Assembly (NCBI GenBank): GCA_044221725.1
Contig: JBGAON010000001.1
Location: 64,001-128,000, forward strand
Reading direction: 5' to 3'
DNA: 64,000 nt
From: Elusimicrobiota bacterium
GTDB taxonomy: Bacteria; Elusimicrobiota; Elusimicrobia; F11
Under the pieces are notes generated by a model, which ran no database searches, was not told the DNA's origin, and saw only the letters and a list, made by a program, of their open reading frames with translations. How positions within the stretch are numbered: position 1 is the stretch's first letter; each line of letters opens with the position of its first letter. Position numbers and translations under genes: made by a program. This document shows, piece by piece, positions 52,470 through 61,261 of the stretch.

Positions 52470-53062
52470 GACGCAAAATCAATGCCCGCGCGAGTGCCCC
52501 ACGCTTCCCAGGCGCGATCCAATTCATCGTTCAGTTTCTTGAAGCTCCGGTTCTGCGAGAAATCTCCAATACTCTCGGAATCAACCAACGCTCCGTTTTT
52601 CGCCGACAGCGCAGTTTTCGCCACGATCAAAGTGGCGATCTTCTCGATCAAGGGCGGGACTTTGTTGTAGCCCGACACGCCCTCGATCACCACATTCTGA
52701 TACCCCTCGGCGAACACGCCGTCCTTAAAAGTAATGCTCCCTGTCCGTTTGTTCACGACGTAGCTCGACGGGCTAAGATCCGCCCCGTCAACCTCGACGC
52801 GACTCACTTCGAGCAATGGGAAGCAACGTGTAAACACTCGAATGAGCGCGTTACCGTCCACCTTGTCCTGAAAATTTATCGGCCGGAAACACATCGCGGT
52901 CCGCCGGTCGATTTCTTCCATCGCTTCTTGAATCCATTCCGACCGAACCTCAAACGGCTGGACTTCACTGTCCGTGACGGCGCTCACCAAATCGGCATTG
53001 GTGTAGGAAAAAGTGGCGGTCGCCGTGACCGTCGCGGACAAAACGGAAACAAGAACAGTCAT
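52466..53062 (-). CDS. Head-tail adaptor
   Basis: GYNKVPPLI and SESIGDFS motifs. Confidence 0.75.
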   Translation of the reverse strand: MTVLVSVLSATVTATATFSYTNADLVSAVTDSEVQPFEVRSEWIQEAMEEIDRRTAMCFRPINFQDKVDGNALIRVFTRCFPLLEVSRVEVDGADLSPSSYVVNKRTGSITFKDGVFAEGYQNVVIEGVSGYNKVPPLIEKIATLIVAKTALSAKNGALVDSESIGDFSQNRSFKKLNDELDRAWEAWGTRAGIDFAS

Positions 53063-53379
53063 TTGGATTCCGCCTCGATGCGCTCGTCGTAGGCTTTGAG
53101 TTTTTCCTGAAAGCGGTACTCCAACTCCGACATCGCCTCATCCTTGGCTTTGCGGATAGCGATCAACCGTTCTTCGGACAATTCGCAAACAACGGCAAAT
53201 CGTTCGACGCAGGTAAGCGCCTCGATTAATTTCTGATGATTGTTCTTGAGGTTCTGAACGAACCGGTGGCGTTTGACGGCCGCCGTGGTCAGAGGGGCAT
53301 TCGCGGAATCCGTAAAAACGGACACCTTCGGAATATGGTCTCGGATGCGGTGTTCAATAACCGCCAACTCCCGTTCCAC
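53059..53379 (-). CDS. Hypothetical phage protein
   Basis: Coupled ORF in the structural operon. Confidence 0.55.
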   Translation of the reverse strand: MERELAVIEHRIRDHIPKVSVFTDSANAPLTTAAVKRHRFVQNLKNNHQKLIEALTCVERFAVVCELSEERLIAIRKAKDEAMSELEYRFQEKLKAYDERIEAESK

Positions 53380-53385
53380 AAAGGA

Positions 53386-54717
53386 TTACCTTCCACCGGA
53401 GCCGTCACCTACACCCGTGGTTTTCGATGCGGTGGTATCCGCCGCCGGAACGTTCGATGTGCCATCCGACCATGACGTGACGGTGTCCTCGGTTTCCAAT
53501 TTGTAGGCGAAGGTTTGACCGTTTTGCGGGAAAGCCACTTCATTGTCCGGTCTGCGGTTCACAAGATTCCCCGCGCTGTCGTCAAACGAGATTCGGCCTG
53601 TTCCTTTGGGAATCAGCGTTGAATTCACTTTGAGCGCGGACCCTGCGTTGAACACCGCGCCCGCCGAACGGAAGATGTTGTAGCCATTGGCGTTGGGGTC
53701 GGACACCGCATCCCACGACACCACCACTTTGTTGGATGACACTTCCGTGGCGAGATTCTGGCTGACCGACGAGATCAATTCCACGAACACGAGGTGGAGA
53801 TTCTCGGTCATAACTTCGCTCGACAGATTGGAGGCGTTTCCTTGAGAATCCACTGCGAACAGGAAATAGGTGAAGTCTTTTCCGTTATCGGTGTCGACGA
53901 GCGATTGATCTTGGAATGAAGTGGAGGCCGACGAAATCGCGTCGTTCACGGTCACTACGCCAGAAGCCGCGAGGACATTTATTCTCGTGGGAACGGAAAC
54001 AGAGGCGTTGCCCGGCACCCGGTAAAGCTCGTAATGATCCAAATCCTGCAGGGTGGTTTCGTACTTGATCACGATGCGGTTGCCGGCTGTGAATCCGCCG
54101 GTCAATTCGGTGATGACGCCGGTGGGCAAATCAATCGTGTAATGAGTCGCTTCCGTTTTCGAGGCAAGCGTGACTTCTTTAACCACGGAACCGGAAGCGT
54201 GGGAAAAGAAAGGTCCGTTCTTCAAAACTATTTCGCCCGTTCCAGCGTTCACGGATTTCACTTCCGCATACTCTTCTTTGCCGGTGATGCCGTCCTCGAT
54301 CACGATTACGGCGTCCGTCACAATATCCACAGGAACAGGAGTAACAACGTTAATGACGCGCTGACCATGAACCGCACTGGCGGAGAGAGTGGTTTGCAAA
54401 CCGGAGACGGCTGTTCGTTCATAGACGGTAAACGATCCCGCTACGATGGGATCAAATTGGATTTCATGAACCGCACCGTTGGTGCCTTCGGCAAAGTCAG
54501 GCGTGTTGTCAGGGTTCTTGAGAAGTTCACCACCGATGATTTCGTTCCGCGTCGGGGCCGTCCAGTTCAAGGTGATGCGCGTTTTGCCTTTCGGCGTCGG
54601 TCCATCAACGAATTGCAGGGCTTGGATAAGGCCCAAGATGGGCGGCTTCGGGGCGAGAATGTCTGCCGCGAGATTTCCTAGAACTTGCTGTGAAAGTAGT
54701 GACTCAAGAATGGCCAT
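53386..54717 (-). CDS. Fn3/Ig-like virion protein
   Basis: LNWTAP, YELYR, FAVDSQGNAS and VSWDAV...GYNIFRS Fn3 signatures. Confidence 0.7.
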   Translation of the reverse strand: MAILESLLSQQVLGNLAADILAPKPPILGLIQALQFVDGPTPKGKTRITLNWTAPTRNEIIGGELLKNPDNTPDFAEGTNGAVHEIQFDPIVAGSFTVYERTAVSGLQTTLSASAVHGQRVINVVTPVPVDIVTDAVIVIEDGITGKEEYAEVKSVNAGTGEIVLKNGPFFSHASGSVVKEVTLASKTEATHYTIDLPTGVITELTGGFTAGNRIVIKYETTLQDLDHYELYRVPGNASVSVPTRINVLAASGVVTVNDAISSASTSFQDQSLVDTDNGKDFTYFLFAVDSQGNASNLSSEVMTENLHLVFVELISSVSQNLATEVSSNKVVVSWDAVSDPNANGYNIFRSAGAVFNAGSALKVNSTLIPKGTGRISFDDSAGNLVNRRPDNEVAFPQNGQTFAYKLETEDTVTSWSDGTSNVPAADTTASKTTGVGDGSGGR

Positions 54718-54735
54718 GAAAGTTTCCTCCCGAAA

Positions 54736-56427
54736 TTAGGTGTTGTTCGCAATCTGATTGGTGCCGGTTCCACTGTTGTTGGTAACGACGACCAAACTAT
54801 TCCCGATAACGACGGCGCTATTTGCATTAAGTTCAAGCAGGATCGTCGAGCCATTGCTCACGTTGGCGACGACAGAACATGCAGTTGAGCCTGACCCGAC
54901 AATGACCGCATTCTTTCCAGATCCCAGCGAAATCATGTTGCCGACTGCCGCTTTTTGAGATGTTGAGAGCCGGATACCGGCGCCAGACATGGAACCGAAA
55001 CTCAACACGAGGCGGCAATTCATGACTCGTCCTGGCTGTTGCATGAAATCGTTGACGTTTCCATTGTTCTGGGCTTCGGTTAATTCGCAACTGTCAATGA
55101 GCTCACCGCCCTGCACCATCGCGGTACTCAACCCATTGCCATTATTCATGATGATGCAATTCCGCATCTGCCCGCCCGTTGACAGGAAGATCCAAGAGCC
55201 AGAAGCTTTGTTGCGGACGAATTGGCAGTTCTCGATAAGACCGTTGGTTCCGCCAAAAGAGATCCCAACAAACGGACTGCCGCCGGCACGACCGGGTTGG
55301 TTTTCGTCAATCTTGAGATCGCGGAGTCCTTGGTTGTTGCCGGAAACGGCAATCGTATTGACCGCTCCCATCGCGGCGTCGCAAAGGATGGTGGTCGCGT
55401 CGCGACCTTGGCCTTGCAAGGTAACTTTGTTGGGAATAGTTAACGTGGCGTTGATGAGGTAGCTGCCTTCTCGAAGCTGAACGATACCGCCGCCAGCGGT
55501 GCCGGCCGCGGCCAAGGCAGCCTGAATATTTGCGGTGTCGGTGGCCGCAACGCCGGTCGGCGCTGCGACGACTTGGGTTTGATAACCGGTCACGCCACCG
55601 CCTGTGGCCGCAATCACGACTTTGTTATTGGGGCCGTCCTGGGTGAGGGAGATATTGGCACCGGCCTCGAGCTTCACGTCACCGGTTAAAGGAGCAACTT
55701 CGCCCAGCTTTCGGACACCCGTCACTCCCGCGTTGGCGATATTGATTTTGTTGTTGGGATCATCTTGCGTAAGAGCAATCCCAGTGCCCTCTTCCAGAGA
55801 AACATTTCCAGTCAACGAGGTCCCAGCGCCGGTTTTCTTGAGCGAGGTCACACCGCCACCACCCACTGTGCTGACAGTGACGTCACCAGTTCCATCCGCT
55901 GGATTCACATTAATGCCCGATCCCGCAATGATTTTTCGGACGGAAGTACGGGCCGCATTGGTTGTGGGAACCGGAATTAAATTGTTGGTGGCTGTGTTCC
56001 CAGTGTCCGTGTGGTTGAGAGTGGACTCTCCCGTCACTTCTACGAGGAATTTTTCCTGCCCGGTCGCGGTGGATTTATAAATCCGGTAGCCGCTTGCTCC
56101 TTTCACGATTTCCCATTGAAGGATCACTGGAAGCGGTGTCACTGGTTGGCTCACCTGCGCTTCAAGCGTAGTGGGAATCTTATTTTCGGTGGTTTCTCCA
56201 GCGGCGTTGATCGCGGTGACCTTGTAGAAATAAATGGTGTTACCGAGAAGTTCGGCTCCGACACCGCCGGAACCGAGCGTGGCAAGAAGCGTTCGCGGTG
56301 GTCGTAGCGTTCCTTGCTGAGAATGCGCGTCGACCAAATCCAGATTGGCATTATGACCCGCTCCCCAATTGAGGTCGCCGGTATCGCGTTTGGTTAATTT
56401 CAGTTTGTCTGTGAATGTCTCAGCCAT
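54736..56427 (-). CDS. Fibre protein: Fn3, repeat shaft, pectate-lyase-like beta-helix
   Basis: YKVTAINAAGE; GVT...LTGxVxLExG..IxLTQD.PNNK repeats; DTANIQAAL...LREGSY...LQGQG beta-helix start. Confidence 0.75.
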   Translation of the reverse strand: MAETFTDKLKLTKRDTGDLNWGAGHNANLDLVDAHSQQGTLRPPRTLLATLGSGGVGAELLGNTIYFYKVTAINAAGETTENKIPTTLEAQVSQPVTPLPVILQWEIVKGASGYRIYKSTATGQEKFLVEVTGESTLNHTDTGNTATNNLIPVPTTNAARTSVRKIIAGSGINVNPADGTGDVTVSTVGGGGVTSLKKTGAGTSLTGNVSLEEGTGIALTQDDPNNKINIANAGVTGVRKLGEVAPLTGDVKLEAGANISLTQDGPNNKVVIAATGGGVTGYQTQVVAAPTGVAATDTANIQAALAAAGTAGGGIVQLREGSYLINATLTIPNKVTLQGQGRDATTILCDAAMGAVNTIAVSGNNQGLRDLKIDENQPGRAGGSPFVGISFGGTNGLIENCQFVRNKASGSWIFLSTGGQMRNCIIMNNGNGLSTAMVQGGELIDSCELTEAQNNGNVNDFMQQPGRVMNCRLVLSFGSMSGAGIRLSTSQKAAVGNMISLGSGKNAVIVGSGSTACSVVANVSNGSTILLELNANSAVVIGNSLVVVTNNSGTGTNQIANNT

Positions 56428-56436
56428 AAATTTTCC

Positions 56437-56856
56437 TTAGAGGCCATAGGCCTCGCCAAATGGCGCATTTCCAAAACCGAGCAACGGAGATCCGAAAGGC
56501 CGCTGACTAAACGGTGGAAAACTAAACCCCGTGGTGTCGGGATTCCCATAAGGCGCTTCGCCAAATGGACTTTCTCCCGCACCGCCTTCCTCCACCGCGA
56601 CGATGACGTAGTATCGATTGGGCCCTGCTTGCGGATCCGTATCATCGAATTGGAAAGCTCCCGCACCCAGCTGACCTTCGTCCGCAATTTTCTGACCCAG
56701 TTCATCCTTGTTCTCGGAGCGGTAAACCCGAAAACCCAACAACCGGTGACCGTCTTTCACGCTCACCGGATAGTCGGCCCAATTGAGCCTCACGAATCCA
56801 GGTGATCCTTGTGAGACTCTGAAGTTCGGAACAATCGGAAGAGGAAATACAGGCAT
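56437..56856 (-). CDS. Small Fn3-like virion protein with PFG/PYG repeat tail
   Basis: LNW...GFRVYRS; GESPFGEAPYG...PFGS...APFGEAYG. Start moved to ATG 56856. Confidence 0.65.
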   Translation of the reverse strand: MPVFPLPIVPNFRVSQGSPGFVRLNWADYPVSVKDGHRLLGFRVYRSENKDELGQKIADEGQLGAGAFQFDDTDPQAGPNRYYVIVAVEEGGAGESPFGEAPYGNPDTTGFSFPPFSQRPFGSPLLGFGNAPFGEAYGL

Positions 56857-56866
56857 AGGAGCTCCA

Positions 56867-57124
56867 TCATCTCCTGTGTTTCTTTTTGGGTTTCGGTGCT
56901 CTTGGGACCGGCTCCATGTGATTGGATCCATTAAGACTTGGGGCCAACTCTGCTTCTTCGGTTTCCATTTCCTCGTAACCGTTCTTAAGAAGATAATCCC
57001 GCGTGGTGTCATGCTCCACATGGCAGAGGCCGTTCACAATCTTGACCTCCTCCGAGTAGGCGTGCTCCCACAAGGGAGATTCCTCGGTCCCAAACGGTGG
57101 GCGTTTCTTTCGAAGATGAAACAC
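56867..57124 (-). CDS. Small protein downstream of the capsid gene
   Basis: GGAGG SD with GTG start; basic tail. Confidence 0.6.
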   Translation of the reverse strand: MFHLRKKRPPFGTEESPLWEHAYSEEVKIVNGLCHVEHDTTRDYLLKNGYEEMETEEAELAPSLNGSNHMEPVPRAPKPKKKHRR

Positions 57125-57134
57125 GCCGCCTCCG

Positions 57135-58037
57135 TTACAGGGTGACGCCGGCCAAACGGGAAACCTTGATGTCGTTGCCCAGAACCAGCGTCAAGTCTTC
57201 GAACACGTCGAACTCACTGTACTGGGATGATTTCTGCGCAAGCCGAACCATCTTGAGCGGGGTCAGTTCGCCCACCCATACCGCGCTCGTGTCCAACACA
57301 AAAATGTCGGAGCAAACGTTGGACGTGCCTTGGGTCTGCGTGTCCGAAACGAAAATACTTCGGAAGATCGGAATCCCGTTGTAAACCTGAACCCGGAATC
57401 CGCCATTCACTTCCATCGTGTCCACGAATCGCTGTTGGGCCTGCAGAAGACCGTTCAATTTTCGGTTCGCTTTCTTCGACATGATCAGCATGCCAGGATT
57501 GCCGCGATTCAAATCAATCGCCGAATCCAACAGATCAAGCGTGAGAGGAGCGCCGTTGGCACCGGCCACAAGCACCTGTCCAGCGGGCGTGAGTTTCCTC
57601 AACCCGTCGAACTGCTTCGGGTTCACAGCCGAGTCACCGTTGATGAGTGCGTTCTCTTCCGTGTCACGAACCACTTGAAGCGCGCTTTCGATTTCCTCAG
57701 CTTCGATGTCGAGCAGAGTTTTTCCGACCGCCTGCAACTTCCGCGTCGCCTTACCCCGCTGAATGATTGTCTTGTAGGTGAACTTTTTCTGCAGGTAGGT
57801 GGACTGCGTGTCTGTCGGCTCTTCCGTGTCGTCCACAAAGCCGCCCGTGCCGCGCGCTGTCCGTTGGTTTAAGATCCAATCGGATCCAGACCCAGGTTTT
57901 CTCGGCAGGTTCTGCCGGAGTGGGTTGTTGACCTCGATCAATTCCTGAAGCACCCGGTCAACCAACGGCTGTTGCAGGGTGTTTCCGGCGTTCGCGATGT
58001 TCAGCGCTTTTTTCAACTGCTCTAAATCATTTGTCAT
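57135..58037 (-). CDS. Major capsid protein (HK97 fold)
   Basis: Follows the protease; EENALINGD...FDGL, YNGIPI; AAGGAGG SD. Confidence 0.88.
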   Translation of the reverse strand: MTNDLEQLKKALNIANAGNTLQQPLVDRVLQELIEVNNPLRQNLPRKPGSGSDWILNQRTARGTGGFVDDTEEPTDTQSTYLQKKFTYKTIIQRGKATRKLQAVGKTLLDIEAEEIESALQVVRDTEENALINGDSAVNPKQFDGLRKLTPAGQVLVAGANGAPLTLDLLDSAIDLNRGNPGMLIMSKKANRKLNGLLQAQQRFVDTMEVNGGFRVQVYNGIPIFRSIFVSDTQTQGTSNVCSDIFVLDTSAVWVGELTPLKMVRLAQKSSQYSEFDVFEDLTLVLGNDIKVSRLAGVTL

Positions 58038-58051
58038 GACGTGTGCCCTCC

Positions 58052-59167
58052 TTAGGCTTGCTGAAGGGCGAGCGCCACTTTCAGCTTCTTCTGGGGCGGC
58101 AAACCCTCAAATGTTTTTTTGAGCTCATCGCCTTGCGGCTCCTGATCAACCAATCCCTTTCGAATGGCCGGGATCTGTTTGAGCATCGGCTCAATTTGTT
58201 TCTTCACTTCGCTGGAAATCATCTCCGCCATCTCTTCTTTGCTGACGGATTTCGGAACTGCGGCCGAGGCGGGCGGCGTCCACTGTTCACCGATCGCTTG
58301 TTTCAGCATGGCCTTGATCTGGATCGCGGTTGGTCCGATCTCGCCGCCCATCGCAATCAAGCGGTCAAGCATCATCCACACAGGTTCAAGCGAGAGGCCT
58401 CCGGCCGAAGGGCCGTTGGCTTTTTTCGTTTCCTTTTCTTTTTTTGGTTTGCTGTCCTTCCCTGCAACTTTTTCGGGCGGCTGATCCTGCGGAGCGGGGG
58501 TTTCTTGGGGCTGGGGTTCCGGTTTGGGATCCGCTGGTTTTTCTTCTGGGACTGGAGCATCAGCGGGTTTTTCGTCGTCCGGCTTGATCTCCTCAATAAT
58601 GGTTTCTTCTTGAGACATGGTGTCTCCTCCTTGGGTCGATGACCCGTTCTGGGAATCGATTTCATCGAGCGCTTTCTGGACGTACCATCCAATGGCGCGG
58701 GCTTCGGGATTGGCAGGCACGGACACAAGCGACACTTCCACGAGCGCCATGCGCTTGATGACGTTCACCACTCGGTCCAAGTCCGGCATGTATTTCTTCT
58801 CACGCTCCAGCACCTGGCCTCGAATGGAAAATTTGTTGAGAACGCCCTCTTTGATTTTCTGAATGATTTCGGGTTCGGTTTGGGAAATGAGGACATCGAT
58901 AAGGAGGCCGTTTTTGTCGAACTCGGCTTTGGTCACTTTGCCGATGGGAATCTTGATGTCGTGGTTTAAGAGGACGGTGGAATTTTTGACGAGGTCGAGC
59001 TGGGAGGCCCGCAGAGCATCTTCGGAGATGATGTCGCCCTGCAGGTCAAAATCCGAGGTGGCGGCGTACCCGACAATATGGAACTCGCCTTCGGTTTCCG
59101 CTTGTTTGGTGATCTCCAGCGGAAAATCGAATGAGATTTTCTCCAGTGTTGCCGTTTCCTGTTCCAT
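58052..59167 (-). CDS. HK97-family prohead protease with C-terminal scaffold
   Basis: VGYAAT...DLQGDII, LLNHD, FSIRG, EVSLVSVPANPEA. Start at ATG 59167 behind GGAGG. Confidence 0.92.
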   Translation of the reverse strand: MEQETATLEKISFDFPLEITKQAETEGEFHIVGYAATSDFDLQGDIISEDALRASQLDLVKNSTVLLNHDIKIPIGKVTKAEFDKNGLLIDVLISQTEPEIIQKIKEGVLNKFSIRGQVLEREKKYMPDLDRVVNVIKRMALVEVSLVSVPANPEARAIGWYVQKALDEIDSQNGSSTQGGDTMSQEETIIEEIKPDDEKPADAPVPEEKPADPKPEPQPQETPAPQDQPPEKVAGKDSKPKKEKETKKANGPSAGGLSLEPVWMMLDRLIAMGGEIGPTAIQIKAMLKQAIGEQWTPPASAAVPKSVSKEEMAEMISSEVKKQIEPMLKQIPAIRKGLVDQEPQGDELKKTFEGLPPQKKLKVALALQQA

Positions 59168-59195
59168 GATCCTCCGGGCTTCCGCCCACACACAT

Positions 59196-59267
59196 AAAAA
59201 AAGGCGCTGTCATCTGAAGGTCCCGAAAGACCCACAGACAACAGCGCCTCGACTCAGCTCGACAGCG
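59196..59267 (-). promoter_or_regulatory. Small hairpin plus intrinsic terminator, copy 2
   Basis: CGCTG-TCGA-GCTGAG-TCGA-GGCGCTGTTGTCTG...CAGATGACAGCGCC-T7; 14-bp stem capped by a TTCG hairpin. Confidence 0.8.
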
Positions 59268-59274
59268 CGCTACG

Positions 59275-59469
59275 TTATGCTTCGATCAATTTTTTCACGC
59301 CTTCTTCCACCAGCGTCTCATGCCGTTTGATGCGGATGATGTGTCCATTTTCAAAATGCGTTTCCACAACTCCGAAGAACTTTTCGTCCTTGAGCTTCCT
59401 GCAGAACGCCTGATAAACCGCATCCGTGACTGCCGATTTCGCATCCATGCCATTATTCTGGATCATCAA
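59275..59469 (-). CDS. Small DUF2292/YezD-like protein
   Basis: KFFGVVETHFENGHIIRIKRHET fits the 'FG.V.I....G.V..I.R.E' pattern; start may be the Met of MDAKS. Confidence 0.6.
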   Translation of the reverse strand: MMIQNNGMDAKSAVTDAVYQAFCRKLKDEKFFGVVETHFENGHIIRIKRHETLVEEGVKKLIEA

Positions 59470-59541
59470 TCTATGATTCGTCCATCAACTTTCATTGTGT
59501 TTATTTTTCTGACGAGGAGGGGAGATAGCTCATCGAAATAA

Positions 59542-61257
59542 TTATGAAGACATCTTCTCGACGTAGGTTTCTGACTCCTTGACCGGATAATTTGACACCA
59601 GCAACTCAAATTTATTCCGGTGTCCCAATTGATTCGCGCCCGTCCAAAGGGTTTTCACGCGGTAGGTTTTGAATCCTTTGAATAGGTTCTTTTTCTCCAG
59701 CTCGTAACTCAACAAAAACCGGCCTTTGATGGATTTGAGAACCGGTAACATATCCTCTTCCTTGAAAAACTTTGATCCGACTCCGCCCGTTTCTTTCGGC
59801 CAGTGAAGAGGATACGGCGGATCGAGATAGAAAAAGGCGTCCTTGGAATCGAATTCCTTTATCACGTCTTTCCAATCTTTGTTTATGAGTTTCACGCCGC
59901 GAAGCCGTTCTTTAATTTGCGGAAGCCGCTTCACCAGTTGGATCTCGTATCCCTCGCCTTTCTCTCCGGTTCGCATGCCTTCTATCCGGTCGGTGCGGCC
60001 CCAGTAATTGGCTTTGTTCAGGTAAGCGATCCGGTAAAACCGCTCGCGTGGGGACGATGGCTCGCGGTCGAACACTTTTTTAACGTGGGTACGGGAGATT
60101 GTCCAATACTGCTTCTCCAGCCATTTCTGATCCTCTTCATCCATATGCTTGATGAAGCGATACGCGAAAATGAGATCCGGGTTCACGTCGTTTAAGATTT
60201 CTTCGTTCGACCGTTTCTTATGGAAGAATACCTGGGCACCGCCACAAAAGCCTTCCACGAATGTCTTGTGTTCGGGAATCATGGGGACGAGTTTCTTGCA
60301 GAGGCGAAACTTTCCCCCAGGGCTTTTGAACGCACCTTGAATTTTCTCAACGCCATCATGCCCCTCCAAATGCGGAAAAAGAAGCGGGACGCCTTCTTCC
60401 ATACCTTCTGGTTTGGCGTCCAACTCCTTGTCGATGTAGAGGTGCTTTTTCTCGAGCGGATGTTTTGAAACAAGAAGCTCCGTCACCCACTCCTGATTGC
60501 CACCGGGCCCGCGCATTTGGTTGCGGCGCTTCACGCGATAAACGTTCATCCCTTTGAACGCGTTGGCTCGGTCACCGGTGTAGGACACGATCCAATCACC
60601 TCGAAGGGTTTTCAATTTCTTGATGAACTTCTGTTCTTCAAAACCGAAATCAAAAAGATTGAATGTGCCCGGGTACGGCGGGTCGATGTAGAAGAACGTG
60701 TCCTCCCCGTCATATTTCTTAAGCACCTCGGAATAATCCTTGTTGTGAACAACAACGTTTTTAATCCGCTGTTGGGAGCGGGTGATGTTGTTCTCGAAAT
60801 CAATGATCACGCCTGCGTTGGCCGGATTAAAGGAACCGCCCCGCATCTTCCCGTAGGAGGAGCGTGTCAAATAATAGGCCTTGTAGAACCGGTCCATCTC
60901 GGTGACCGGCTTCATCTTTTTCAACCGCTCGTGCGTTTCTTTGTTGATTTCCCAGTTCCGTTTGGCGAGAGCGGCGCGATCTTCCTTCGTGTGGTCGCGG
61001 ATAAACCGGTACATGAAGGCGATTTCGGAGTCGCGGTCGTTGATGATTTCTTGCGGTGACGGATCTTTGGCGAAAAGAACCGCCGCACCACCAGCAAACG
61101 GTTCAACGTAAGTTTTGTGATAAGGAATGTATGCGGCGATCTTGTGCGCGAGTGCACGCTTGCCGCCGTAGGAGCCGAAGGCTTGCCGAACTCCTTTTTC
61201 TAAATCTGATTCTCCGCTCACCGGCTGATCAGCCGGTGAAATTTCTGTTGGTTCCAT
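59542..61257 (-). CDS. Tandem two-domain Dam-like (D12 class) N6-adenine DNA methyltransferase
   Basis: Two full motif sets: YGGK/EPFAGG/IND/YIDPPY/ELLVS and PGGK/EGFCGG/LND/YLDPPY/ELLVSN. Confidence 0.92.
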   Translation of the reverse strand: MEPTEISPADQPVSGESDLEKGVRQAFGSYGGKRALAHKIAAYIPYHKTYVEPFAGGAAVLFAKDPSPQEIINDRDSEIAFMYRFIRDHTKEDRAALAKRNWEINKETHERLKKMKPVTEMDRFYKAYYLTRSSYGKMRGGSFNPANAGVIIDFENNITRSQQRIKNVVVHNKDYSEVLKKYDGEDTFFYIDPPYPGTFNLFDFGFEEQKFIKKLKTLRGDWIVSYTGDRANAFKGMNVYRVKRRNQMRGPGGNQEWVTELLVSKHPLEKKHLYIDKELDAKPEGMEEGVPLLFPHLEGHDGVEKIQGAFKSPGGKFRLCKKLVPMIPEHKTFVEGFCGGAQVFFHKKRSNEEILNDVNPDLIFAYRFIKHMDEEDQKWLEKQYWTISRTHVKKVFDREPSSPRERFYRIAYLNKANYWGRTDRIEGMRTGEKGEGYEIQLVKRLPQIKERLRGVKLINKDWKDVIKEFDSKDAFFYLDPPYPLHWPKETGGVGSKFFKEEDMLPVLKSIKGRFLLSYELEKKNLFKGFKTYRVKTLWTGANQLGHRNKFELLVSNYPVKESETYVEKMSS

Positions 61258-61261
61258 GTTC

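Noticed and set aside
41587..56427. Diversity-generating retroelement or invertible tail-fibre cassette
   Set aside because: No reverse transcriptase, no TR/VR repeat pair and no inverted fibre segments seen in this window.
59542..61257. Restriction-modification system
   Set aside because: No endonuclease gene nearby; the target sequence cannot be read from motifs, so GATC specificity is not claimed.
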